Both the position numbers and the translations under genes were made by a program. From NCBI GenBank assembly GCA_037445715.1, contig JBBIJZ010000003.1:19935-83934 (forward strand): a DNA stretch of 64,000 nt. Reading direction: 5' to 3'. A model generated the notes under the pieces. The model did no database searches and was not told where the DNA came from. It saw only the letters and a program-made list of their open reading frames with translations. Positions 28,554 through 37,129 of the stretch are shown here, piece after piece. Positions within the stretch are counted from its first letter, which is position 1, and each line of letters opens with the position of its first letter. The DNA comes from Verrucomicrobiales bacterium (lineage in GTDB: Bacteria > Verrucomicrobiota > Verrucomicrobiia > Limisphaerales > J093).

Positions 28554-29615
28554 ATGAAACCCGCGTGCGTCCGACGCTGGTGGACCGCCCCCCTGGCGGC
28601 GGCCGCGCTTGCCGCGCTCCTCGCCGGCCAGCCGGGCAGTCTCGAAGAGGTCCGCCCTTACTTGCGCACCGTCCGCGACCCCAACGGCACGGTCGCACTC
28701 GAGGTGGCCCTGCGCCGGCTGGAGCCGGTGCGCGGACGCGGTCCGGACCTGTGGCTGGCGGCGGTGACGCACCTGGGCACCAGCAATTACTACGCAGAAC
28801 TCCAGCGGTTCCTCGACGCCCAGGCCCTGGTGCTTTACGAGGCGGTGCGGCGCGACCCCGACGAACCGCCCGGCCCGCGCGAGGGTTACTCGCTCCAGGC
28901 CGACCTGGCCCGGGTGCTGGGCCTGACCTTTCAACTGGACGCCATCCGTTACGACCGGCCGCACTTCAAAAACAGCGACCTGAGCTACGACGACCTGGCC
29001 TGGTTTTTTGCGGTCAACACCAATGCGCCGACCGCGACCCCGGCCGGCGCCTCCGGGGTTGCGCCGTCGGCGGGTGCGGTCGAATTCGGCGCGCTGGTCC
29101 AGGCCCTGAACGGCGAAGGGTTGTTTGGCGGACTGGCCCGGCTGGGGGTCTCCGTGCTGGCGGCCAGTCCGCGCCTGCAAGCGGCCACGAAGGTGGCCAT
29201 GATCGAAATGCTCGGCCAGTTGCCCAACGACCTGACCCAGATCGAAGGCCTGCCCCCCGGCCTCCAGCGCCTGATGCGGGCGCTGGTCGAGGAACGCAAC
29301 GAAGCCGTCGTGCGCGACGCCCGCGCGGCGCTGGCCCGCCGTCCCCCGCCCGCCACGGTGGCGGTCTTTTATGGCGCCGGCCACATGGCCGACCTCGAAT
29401 ACCGCCTCTGCCGAGGCCTGGGTTACCAGCCGGCCGAGGACCGCTGGCTGACGGCCTTCGCCGTGGACCCGAGCGCCGCGGGGCTTTCCCGGTTGGAGCT
29501 GGATTTCACCACGCGTCTGGTGCGCGCCCAATTACGCGGCCTCCAACGGCGTCCACCGGACAACTCCACCAACGCGCCCGCCGCCTCGGACGCCGCCGCC
29601 ACTCCCGCGCGCTGA
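28554..29615 (+). CDS. Secreted protein, possibly TraB/GumN family
   Basis: Signal peptide MKPACVRRWWTAPLAAAALAALLAG. LWLAAVTHLGTSNYY...ALVLYE and the late VAVFYGAGHMADL resemble the GTxH...GAGHL pattern of GumN/TraB proteins. The assignment is weak. Confidence 0.45.
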   Translation: MKPACVRRWWTAPLAAAALAALLAGQPGSLEEVRPYLRTVRDPNGTVALEVALRRLEPVRGRGPDLWLAAVTHLGTSNYYAELQRFLDAQALVLYEAVRRDPDEPPGPREGYSLQADLARVLGLTFQLDAIRYDRPHFKNSDLSYDDLAWFFAVNTNAPTATPAGASGVAPSAGAVEFGALVQALNGEGLFGGLARLGVSVLAASPRLQAATKVAMIEMLGQLPNDLTQIEGLPPGLQRLMRALVEERNEAVVRDARAALARRPPPATVAVFYGAGHMADLEYRLCRGLGYQPAEDRWLTAFAVDPSAAGLSRLELDFTTRLVRAQLRGLQRRPPDNSTNAPAASDAAATPAR

Positions 29616-29665
29616 AGCCCCGGGGCCGCACGTTCCCGGCCGCCAGCGCCAGCGCGCATGAAGGC

Positions 29666-30124
29666 TCAGGTCTGACGGAATTCGCGCAGCAAGGCGGGGC
29701 GGGCCTCCAAAAATTGCGCCAGCGCCTCGATCTGTGCCAGCGTCTGCGGGCTCAGGCAATGCTCCCAGCCCTCGATGTCGCGCTCCTGGGTTTCCTCGTC
29801 CGTGCCCAGCAGGGCCAGGAACCGCTTGAGGGTGGCGTGCCGGTTCTTCATTTGCACCGCCACGCTCCGGCCCTTGGGGGTCAACAACAGCCCCCGGTAG
29901 CGCGTGTAATCCACATAGCCCGCCGCCGCCAGGCGCTTGACCATGGCCGTCACCGAAGGCCGGCTGACCCCCAGCACCCGCGCAATGTCCACCATGCGCG
30001 CGCCGCCGGTGCGGTCCATCAACTCGCCGATCCGTTCGAGGTAATCCTCGGTGCTGATGCTGGGGCGTCGGCCGGGAGCCGCGCGCGTGGGGGAGCGCCG
30101 TTGCTGGCGGGGACGGGAAGCCAT
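29666..30124 (-). CDS. DtxR/MntR family metal-dependent transcriptional regulator
   Basis: Trimmed to ATG at complement 30122..30124. STEDYLERIGEL..ARMVDIARVLGVSRPSVTAMVKRLAAAGYV (wHTH) is followed by a helical dimerisation region. Confidence 0.85.
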   Translation of the reverse strand: MASRPRQQRRSPTRAAPGRRPSISTEDYLERIGELMDRTGGARMVDIARVLGVSRPSVTAMVKRLAAAGYVDYTRYRGLLLTPKGRSVAVQMKNRHATLKRFLALLGTDEETQERDIEGWEHCLSPQTLAQIEALAQFLEARPALLREFRQT

Positions 30125-30551
30125 AAACAACTCGGCCCCAGACTGGCGTCGCCGGCCGCGGGCGTCAGTCTCAAAGTGCGGGCGGATCCCTCCGAGACGC
30201 CTCACCCCGGATGACCGGGGTCGTCGCACCGGTTTCCGCACCTGCGGAATCATCCATCTCCCCATTGCGGCGCGGGTCAACGCGGAGGATCGGCGGGATG
30301 GGAAACCCACGTTCCAGCCGACCGGGCAGTCGCGTGCTGCAGCCACCCCGGCCAGGACAAGAAACCCCGATGCGCTCCCGGTAGGGCGCCGCTGTGCCGG
30401 CGCCGCTGTGCCGACCGCACGGCCCTCCCGAAGCCCAAGGGCGCATCACCCCGGAGCTTCATCACCGAAGGCGCATGATGTCCCCGGCTTTTCTCAAGCC
30501 CGGGCTGGCGGTCCCTTGACAACGGCCGGAAGCGGGACTACAGAGGAGTCC

Positions 30552-31460
30552 ATGTTAGTCATGGCTAACAAATCGCGGCCCGCCGCCCTCCGCCGCCTGG
30601 CCGCCGCCACGCTCCTGGCCGGGCCGGCCCTGGGCCCGGACCCCCTTCCCGCCCGGGCCGAGGCCCCCTCCCTGCGCCACCCGGCGCCACGCGACCGGCT
30701 GCGCCCTCTGGCCACCGACCGCCCGGACAAAACCGAGTCGCCCCACACCGTGGACCCCGGCCACGTGCAGGTCGAGACCGAGCTGTTCCGCTTCGCCCGC
30801 GAGGACCGGTCCACCGCCGACGGCCCCCTCACCCGCGAGGAGTGGGCGGTGGGTCCAACGCTGGTCAAACTCGGGCTCCTGCCGGCCCTAGACGCCGGCG
30901 TGGGCATCGAGCCCTACCAGCAGGTGCGGGAAAGCGCGCCGGCGGAAGGCGCGGACTTTCCCGGGCGCCGCGTCACTCGCCAGGAGGGTTTCGGGCCGCT
31001 GAGCCTGCGCCTGAAGTGGAACCTCTGGGGCAACGACGGCAGCCGCAGCGCCCTGGCCCTGTTGACCGAGGTCAAGCTGCCCACCGGCCAGGACGACCTG
31101 GACTCCGGCGCCGTCGAGCCGACCTTGTTTCTGCCTTTCGTCCTCGAACTGGGCCGCGGCTTCGAACTGGGCGCCCAAACCGGCTTCGTCTGGGCGGGCG
31201 ACGCCGATGGTCGCGGGCACCACTTCGAGGCGGTGAACTCGGTCACCCTGGGCGTGGACCTGGGCCGGCGCTGGAGCGGCTACCTCGAATTCTGGTCGCA
31301 GGTGGACGCCTCCGACCCGGCCACCTGGCAGGGTACCTTCGACTTCGGCTTGAACTTTCTAGTCAGTGAGAACCTCAAACTGGACGCCGGCGTGAACTTC
31401 GGCCTGACCGACGCCGCGCCGGACTGGGAGCCCTTTGTGGGGCTGTCCTGGCGAAGATGA
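30552..31460 (+). CDS. Outer-membrane beta-barrel transporter (MetA-pathway/phenol-degradation-like family)
   Basis: Trimmed to ATG 30552 (MLVMANKSRPAALRRLAAATLLAG, a signal peptide). The N-terminal LATDRPDKTESPHTVDPGHVQVE fits that family. Alternating beta-strand pattern throughout, with an aromatic C-terminus (FVGLSWRR). Confidence 0.6.
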   Translation: MLVMANKSRPAALRRLAAATLLAGPALGPDPLPARAEAPSLRHPAPRDRLRPLATDRPDKTESPHTVDPGHVQVETELFRFAREDRSTADGPLTREEWAVGPTLVKLGLLPALDAGVGIEPYQQVRESAPAEGADFPGRRVTRQEGFGPLSLRLKWNLWGNDGSRSALALLTEVKLPTGQDDLDSGAVEPTLFLPFVLELGRGFELGAQTGFVWAGDADGRGHHFEAVNSVTLGVDLGRRWSGYLEFWSQVDASDPATWQGTFDFGLNFLVSENLKLDAGVNFGLTDAAPDWEPFVGLSWRR

Positions 31461-31540
31461 AAACCACCCAACCGAAAATGACCACCACGACAGAACAAGC
31501 CCTGTTCCCGGTCGGGACCACGCCGATGTCGCCCAACACC

Positions 31541-31603
31541 GCCTTCGGCCTTCGGATTTCGGCCTTCGGATTTCCGGCTTCTGACTCCTGACTCCTGACT
31601 TCT
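31541..31603 (+). repeat. Tandem heptamer array (CCTTCGG / ATTTCGG / CTCCTGA units)
   Basis: gccttcgg ccttcgg atttcgg ccttcgg atttccgg cttctga ctcctga ctcctga cttct. It lies between the barrel gene's stop and the next gene's start. Confidence 0.85.
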
Positions 31604-31608
31604 CCCTT

Positions 31609-32643
31609 ATGACCTCCTGGCTCTGGATTCTGTTGGCCGTCGCGCTGGTCGCGGCGGTGTGCTGGCCGCGACGCGGGTTGCTGGCGCGCGCGCGGGCCTC
31701 ACGCGAGCGCGCCGCCCGGGTATTGCGCGAGGACGCCCTCAAGCACCTGCTCAAGGCCGAGGCCAACGGCGAGGCCTCGAACCTGGCCAGCGTGGCCGGG
31801 GCCCTGCACCTGGGCCCGCGCCGCACCGCCGGCGTGCTGGCGGACCTGGAGCACCGGCGGCTGTTGGAATTCCGCGGCGGCCGGTTCCGGCTTACCCGGG
31901 CCGCCCGCGAGCTGGCCCTCCACATCATCCGCGCCCACCGGCTCTGGGAAAGCTACCTGGCCGAAAAGACCGGCTGGGGCGAGGCCGAGTGGCATCGTCA
32001 GGCCGAACGGCAGGAACACCAGCTCTCTCCGCAGCAGACCCGCGAGCTGGAGGCGGCGCTGGGACACCCCACGCGCGACCCGCACGGCGACGCCATCCCC
32101 CCGGCCGGGGAGGAGTTGCCGGCCGAGCCGGTGCAGCGGTTGAGCGACGTGCCCGCGGGGCAAACGGTGACCATCACCCACGTCGAGGACGAACCGCCCG
32201 AGCTGTACCGGCAACTGTCTGCCGCCGGACTCCGGCCGGGGGTGCGCGCGTGCGTGCTGGACAAGTCGCCCGCCGGCCTCCGCCTCTGGGCCGAAGGCAC
32301 CGAGCACTTCCTCGAACCGCTCCCGGCCCAAAACATCGCCGTCAGTCCGCTCGAGGACGTCCGCCCCCGGGAGCTGTTGGCCGAGGAATATCTCGTCCAG
32401 CTCCGACCCGGCCAGCGGGCGGTGGTGTTGGGACTTTCCCCGGCCTGCCGCGGCCCCGAACGCCGCCGGCTGTTGGACCTGGGCTTCGTCCCGGGCAGCG
32501 AAGTGGTGGCCGAAATGGCCAGCCCCCTGGGCGATCCCGTGGCCTATCGCGTGCGCGGCGCCGTCGTGGCCCTGCGTCGCAACCAAGCCGCCCAGATCCG
32601 CGTGCGCATCGAAAAACCCACCGAACAACCCCTTGCCGCATGA
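31609..32643 (+). CDS. Fusion protein: N-terminal TM helix + DtxR-like HTH/dimerisation domains + two FeoA (SH3-like) domains
   Basis: 344 aa. Hydrophobic N-terminus MTSWLWILLAVALVAAVCW. DtxR-like region ASVAGALHLGPRRTAGVLADLEHRRLL...IIRAHRLWESYL...HPTRDPHGDAIP. Two FeoA-like modules follow: LSDVPAGQTVTITHVEDE...LRPGVRACVL and LRPGQRAVVLGLS...LLDLGFVPGSEVV. Confidence 0.7.
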   Translation: MTSWLWILLAVALVAAVCWPRRGLLARARASRERAARVLREDALKHLLKAEANGEASNLASVAGALHLGPRRTAGVLADLEHRRLLEFRGGRFRLTRAARELALHIIRAHRLWESYLAEKTGWGEAEWHRQAERQEHQLSPQQTRELEAALGHPTRDPHGDAIPPAGEELPAEPVQRLSDVPAGQTVTITHVEDEPPELYRQLSAAGLRPGVRACVLDKSPAGLRLWAEGTEHFLEPLPAQNIAVSPLEDVRPRELLAEEYLVQLRPGQRAVVLGLSPACRGPERRRLLDLGFVPGSEVVAEMASPLGDPVAYRVRGAVVALRRNQAAQIRVRIEKPTEQPLAA

Positions 32644-33494
32644 ACGCCCCTTCCTCCCTCGCCCGCACCGCTCCCGACCCCACCGCCGCCGAGGCCTGCG
32701 CGCACTGCGACGTGTACCGCGCCGCCCGCCTGCGCAAGCTGGGCCTCAAGCTGGACCGCTGGGACCACGTGGTGGCCCTGGCCGGCAACCCCAACACCGG
32801 CAAGAGCACCGTCTTCAACGCCCTCACCGGCCTGCGCCAGCACACCGGCAACTGGCCCGGCAAGACCGTCGCCCGTGCCGAGGGCGGCTTCGAGTACGCG
32901 GGCCGCCGCTTCAAGCTGGTGGACCTGCCCGGCACCTACTCGCTGCTCTCGACCAGCACCGACGAGCAAATCGCGCGCGACTTCATCCTTTTCGGCCAGC
33001 CGGACGTGACGGTGATCGTGGCCGACGCCACGCGCCTGGAGCGCAACCTGAACCTGGTGCTCCAGGTGCTCGAAATCACCCCCCGCGCCGTGGTCTGCGT
33101 GAACCTCATGGACGAAGCCCGCCGGCTGGGCCTGTCCGTGGACGACCGCCAACTGGCCCGCGACCTGGGCGTGCCAGTGGTGCTCACCGCCGCCCGCCGC
33201 GGCGAGGGCCTGCCCGAACTGCTCCGCGCCATCGCCGACATCGCCACCGGCCGGGTCGCCTGCCGGCCGCACCGCCTGATGGCCGACCCGCCCGCGTTGC
33301 AGCCCGCCCTGCAGGACCTCGTCGCCCGCGTGCAGGCGGCCTTTCCCGGTCTGCCCAACGCCCGCTGGGTGGCCCTGCGGCTGCTGGCCGGCGATGAATC
33401 CATCACCCGGGCCGTGCGCGGCGGCGAACTGGGCCAGTTGACCGAACCGCCCGTGGCGGCGCCGCCCGCCCCCGCAACCGCACCCGGGACATGA
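32640..33494 (+). CDS. feoB: Ferrous iron transporter FeoB, N-terminal GTPase plus helical domain (separate ORF)
   Basis: The start ATG overlaps the upstream stop (ATGA at 32640). G1 motif [16 protein letters not shown], then DLPGTYSL, and NLMDEA (the NxxD G4 motif). About 43 aa precede G1 and include CAHC. GTG 32769 is an alternative start. Confidence 0.85.
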   Translation: MNAPSSLARTAPDPTAAEACAHCDVYRAARLRKLGLKLDRWDHVVALAGNPNTGKSTVFNALTGLRQHTGNWPGKTVARAEGGFEYAGRRFKLVDLPGTYSLLSTSTDEQIARDFILFGQPDVTVIVADATRLERNLNLVLQVLEITPRAVVCVNLMDEARRLGLSVDDRQLARDLGVPVVLTAARRGEGLPELLRAIADIATGRVACRPHRLMADPPALQPALQDLVARVQAAFPGLPNARWVALRLLAGDESITRAVRGGELGQLTEPPVAAPPAPATAPGT

Positions 33495-34921
33495 ACACCG
33501 CCGCTGCCTCCCCCTCCCCCGAAACCCTGCTGACCGCCGCCCGCCAGTGGCGGGAACGCATCCCCGGCGACCTCCACGAGCACGTGGTCGAGGCCATCTA
33601 CGCCGAGGCCGCGCGCATTGCCGGCCGCGCCGTGAGCCGGTCCGGCCGGGCCGCGGCGCGCCCCACGTGGGAACAGCGGTTGGACCGCATCGTGACCAGC
33701 CGCGTGTGGGGGTTCCCCCTCATGGCCGCGCTGTTCACGCTCATGTTCTGGGTCACCATCAGCGGCGCCAACGTGCCCTCCCAGGCGCTGGCCGGCCTGT
33801 TGGTGGACACGATCCATCCCTGGCTGCGGGCGTTAACCGCCGGCTGGCCGTGGTGGCTGCGCGGCCTCCTGGTGGACGGCGCCTACCTGGGCACCGCCTG
33901 GGTGGTGAGCGTGATGCTGCCGCCGATGGCGATTTTCTTCCCGCTGCTGACCTTGCTCGAGGATTTCGGCTACCTGCCCCGGGTGGCGTTCAACCTCGAC
34001 GCCCTGTTCCAGAAGGCCGGCGCCCACGGCAAACAGGCCATGAGCCTGATGATGGGCTTCGGCTGCAACGCCGCCGGCGTGGTGGCCACCCGCATCATTG
34101 ACAGCCCGCGCGAGCGGCTGCTGGCCATCCTCACCAACAACTTCTCCCTCTGCAACGGCCGCTGGCCCACCCAAATCCTCCTGGCCACGCTCTTCCTGGG
34201 CGCGCTGGCCCCGGCGCACCTCGAGGGGGTGGTGGCCGCCGCCGCCGTCGCGGGCGTGGCCGGCCTGGGGGTGGCCTTTGCCCTGGGCGTCTCCTGGCTG
34301 CTGTCCCGCACGCTGCTGCGCGGGGAAGTCTCCACCTTCAGCCTGGAACTGCCGCCCTACCGGCCGCCGCGGCTGTGGCAGACGCTGTACACCTCGTTGC
34401 TGGACCGCACCCTCATCGTGCTGGGGCGGGCGATGGTCTTCGCCCTGCCGGCCGGCGCGGTGATCTGGCTCACGGGCAACGTGCGCTGGGGCGACGCCAC
34501 CCTGGCCGAGCACGTGGTCGGGTTTCTGGACCCCCTGGGCTTCTGGCTGGGCCTCAACGGCGTCATCCTCCTGGCCTACCTCATCGCCATCCCGGCCAAC
34601 GAAATCGTCATCCCCACCATCCTCATGCTCACGGTGACGGTGAACGGCCTGACCGGCGTGGGCGCCGGCGCGGGGGTGATGTTCGAGCTGGAAGACGCCC
34701 GCTCGCTGAAGGACCTGCTGACCCAGGGCGGCTGGACCACCCTGACCGCGGTGAACCTGATGCTTTTCAGCCTGCTGCACAATCCCTGCAGCACCACCAT
34801 CTACACCATCTACAAGGAGACCGGCAGCGCGCGCTGGACGGCGCTGGCGACGTTGCTGCCGGTAGCCCTGGGCATGACGGTCTGCGCCCTGGTGGCCGCG
34901 GCCTGGCGCGCGTTCCAGTAA
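33491..34921 (+). CDS. feoB: Ferrous iron transporter FeoB, membrane permease portion (separate ORF)
   Basis: 476 aa. Its start overlaps the stop of the G-domain ORF (ATGA at 33491). Gate/nucleoside-recognition type motifs: [37 protein letters not shown]. Polytopic. Confidence 0.85.
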   Translation: MNTAAASPSPETLLTAARQWRERIPGDLHEHVVEAIYAEAARIAGRAVSRSGRAAARPTWEQRLDRIVTSRVWGFPLMAALFTLMFWVTISGANVPSQALAGLLVDTIHPWLRALTAGWPWWLRGLLVDGAYLGTAWVVSVMLPPMAIFFPLLTLLEDFGYLPRVAFNLDALFQKAGAHGKQAMSLMMGFGCNAAGVVATRIIDSPRERLLAILTNNFSLCNGRWPTQILLATLFLGALAPAHLEGVVAAAAVAGVAGLGVAFALGVSWLLSRTLLRGEVSTFSLELPPYRPPRLWQTLYTSLLDRTLIVLGRAMVFALPAGAVIWLTGNVRWGDATLAEHVVGFLDPLGFWLGLNGVILLAYLIAIPANEIVIPTILMLTVTVNGLTGVGAGAGVMFELEDARSLKDLLTQGGWTTLTAVNLMLFSLLHNPCSTTIYTIYKETGSARWTALATLLPVALGMTVCALVAAAWRAFQ

Positions 34922-34933
34922 AACGGCCGGAGA

Positions 34934-35035
34934 ATTGACGATTGACGATTGCGGATGGGCCCCGCCCGCTCTGCCTTCGGGCTTCGGGCTTCGGCCTTCG
35001 GATTTCGGATTTCGGACTTCTGACTTCGGGGGCCC
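34934..35035 (+). repeat. Tandem ATTGACG x2 followed by an eight-unit CTTCGG heptamer array
   Basis: attgacg attgacg att (34934..34950). Then gccttcgg gcttcgg gcttcgg ccttcgg atttcgg atttcgg acttctg acttcgg (34973..35029). gggcccc and ggggccc flank the array as a 7-bp inverted pair. Confidence 0.85.
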
Positions 35036-35236
35036 TCGCCCTTCATTCGCCCGTCCAAATTCCCCGGCTCAAATCCCGGATTGGGGCCGCGGTGGGTTGC
35101 CATGCACCTTGACGCCCCGGCCCGGGGGTCTTTATCTATCGCGCCCGATGACCAAGCCCCCGGCGGCCCGCCGCTCATACGCCGTCCGTGCGTCGCGCCG
35201 GCCGCGAGCCGGGCGTAGGCCGGTCTGTCCCGACCC

Positions 35237-36646
35237 ATGAACTCCGCCCCTGCTCCGTCCTCCCCGGCGTCTGCGCCGCCCTTGGTGCCGCGCGAACATC
35301 GCCTGGCGTTTGTGCTGCTGACCACCTGCTTTGCCGCGTGGGGTTTGGCCAACAACATGACCGACCCGTTGGTGCGCGCGTTCAAGGGCATTTTCACGGA
35401 CCTGACCAACACGGAGTCGGCGCTGGTGCAGTTTGCGTTTTACGGCGCGTACTTCGTGCTGGCGCTGCCGGCGGCGTTTTTGATCAAGCGTTTCAGCTAC
35501 AAGACCGGCGTGCTGGTGGGGCTGGGCCTGTTCACGCTTGGCGCGCTGCTGTTTTACCCGGCCAGCCTGGCGATGCGGTTCGGGTCGTTTCTGGGGGCGA
35601 TCTTCGTGCTGGCCGGCGGGCTGTCCATTTTGGAGACCAGTTGCAACCCGTACATCATCGCCCTGGGCCCGGAGGCCACCGGCACGCGGCGGCTGAACCT
35701 GGCCCAGTCGTTCAACCCGGTCGGCTCGGTCATCGGCATGATGTTGGCGGGATTCCTGATCCTGCCCCGGATGAACCCGGCCACGGAAGCCGAGCGCAAG
35801 GCCATGGCGCCGGAGCTGCTGCGGCAAATCCAGACCGGGGAACTGGCCGCGGTGATGACGCCCTACGTGGGCACGGCGTTCGCGCTGGGGGGGCTCTGGC
35901 TGGCCCTCGCCCTGACGCGCATGCCCCGGGCCTCCGACGCCGGGCCGCGCATTGATTTCCTGCCCACGCTGGGACGCCTGCTGCGCAACCGGCATTACGC
36001 CTTCGGCGTGGTGGCCCAGTTTTTCTACGTCGCCGCGCAGATTTGCGTGTGGACCTTCACCATCCACTACATCGCGAAGATCGTGGAGGACGGCCGCGGC
36101 CAACCCCTGATTGACCTGCTGGAATCCTCGGGCATCAACCGCTTCGTGCGGGCCATCCGGCTGGTCGAGCCGGGCCGGGAAATGACCGGGCTGACGGTGG
36201 CCGGCATTTACCACATCTGCGCGATGCTGCTGTTTCTGGGCTTCCGGTTCATCTGCACGGCGTTGATGCGGGTCTTTCGGCCCAGCCTGCTGTTGGCGGC
36301 GTTTGCGGCCGTGGCGACGCTGCTGACCGTGGTGGTGATGATGTCGGTGAACCTGACCGGCGTGTTGTGCCTGATTTCGATTTCGGCCTGCATGTCGCTG
36401 ATGTTTCCCACCATTTACGGCATCGCCCTGCACGGCCTGGGCGAAGACACCAAGTTCGGCGGGGCGGGACTGGTGATGGCGATCCTGGGCGGGGCCTTGT
36501 TGCCGCTGTTGCAGGCGCGGATCGTGGACCTGAGCACGCCGGCGTTGTCCTACGTGGTGCCGCTGGTGTGCTTCCTGGTGGTGCTGGCCTACGGGGTGTT
36601 TGACCTCGTCAGCGAACGCGTGGCCCACGGCCAACCCCCGCACTGA
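35237..36646 (+). CDS. Sugar MFS transporter, FucP/GluP (L-fucose:H+ symporter) family
   Basis: 469 aa. WGLANNMTDPLVRAFKGIF...ALVQFAFYGAYFVLALPAAFLIKRFSYKTGVLVGL closely parallels the E. coli FucP N-terminal region as I recall it. Confidence 0.88.
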   Translation: MNSAPAPSSPASAPPLVPREHRLAFVLLTTCFAAWGLANNMTDPLVRAFKGIFTDLTNTESALVQFAFYGAYFVLALPAAFLIKRFSYKTGVLVGLGLFTLGALLFYPASLAMRFGSFLGAIFVLAGGLSILETSCNPYIIALGPEATGTRRLNLAQSFNPVGSVIGMMLAGFLILPRMNPATEAERKAMAPELLRQIQTGELAAVMTPYVGTAFALGGLWLALALTRMPRASDAGPRIDFLPTLGRLLRNRHYAFGVVAQFFYVAAQICVWTFTIHYIAKIVEDGRGQPLIDLLESSGINRFVRAIRLVEPGREMTGLTVAGIYHICAMLLFLGFRFICTALMRVFRPSLLLAAFAAVATLLTVVVMMSVNLTGVLCLISISACMSLMFPTIYGIALHGLGEDTKFGGAGLVMAILGGALLPLLQARIVDLSTPALSYVVPLVCFLVVLAYGVFDLVSERVAHGQPPH

Positions 36647-36674
36647 GCCGCCGCGGGCGAATGCGCCGGGCTGG

Positions 36675-37035
36675 CCGCCGGGCTGGTAGCCCGGCAGGAC
36701 GGGCCGGTTGCCCGTTCCCCCCCGGAGCGGCACAACGGCGGCAAGCCACCGCACTCGACGCGCCCCGCGCCGCCGTTGGGTCCCACGCACCGCGCGCCAG
36801 CGTTTGGAGTGCGCCAGCTTGCTGGCGCTGTCAGGGCGGCGCGGGGCATGGCAGCCGCGGCGAGCTGTGAACTCAATAGTCCCGCTGCCCTGGCGCCAAG
36901 GTTCATCCCGCGAGCCGGGATGCAAACGGCCCGCCAGGCTGGTAGCCCGGCAGGACGGGCCGGTTGTCCGTTCCCCCCGGAGCGGCACAACGGCGGCAAG
37001 CCACCGCACTCGACGCGCGCCGCGCCGCCGTTGGG
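36675..37035 (+). repeat. Two direct copies of a ~106-bp repeat (36675..36780 and 36931..37035, period 256 bp) with palindromic filler
   Basis: By manual alignment the copies differ by 3 substitutions and 1 single-base indel. Each contains the hairpin ccgggct-ggt-agcccgg. The spacer holds the palindrome gcgccagc-tt-gctggcgc (36811..36828). Confidence 0.85.
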
Positions 37036-37129
37036 GAATCGGCGTTTCCACCGCGGCAATCCATCGGGATACCTCAACGGCCGGTGCCGGTGATTCCACC
37101 ATTGACCCCGGGCGCCGGTTCCCCTTCCT

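Noticed and set aside
30516-30544. TTGACA-N17-TACAGA promoter upstream of the outer-membrane barrel gene
   Set aside because: A transcript starting about 7 nt after this -10 would begin at or beyond the GGAG ribosome-binding site and the ATG at 30552. The -10 matches only 3 of 6 positions. The geometry is inconsistent.
31541-37035. CRISPR array among the tandem or direct repeats
   Set aside because: The heptamer arrays have a 7-bp period with no spacers. The 106-bp repeats occur only twice, with a 150-bp palindromic spacer. Neither fits CRISPR repeat (about 24-48 bp) and spacer geometry, and no cas genes are present.
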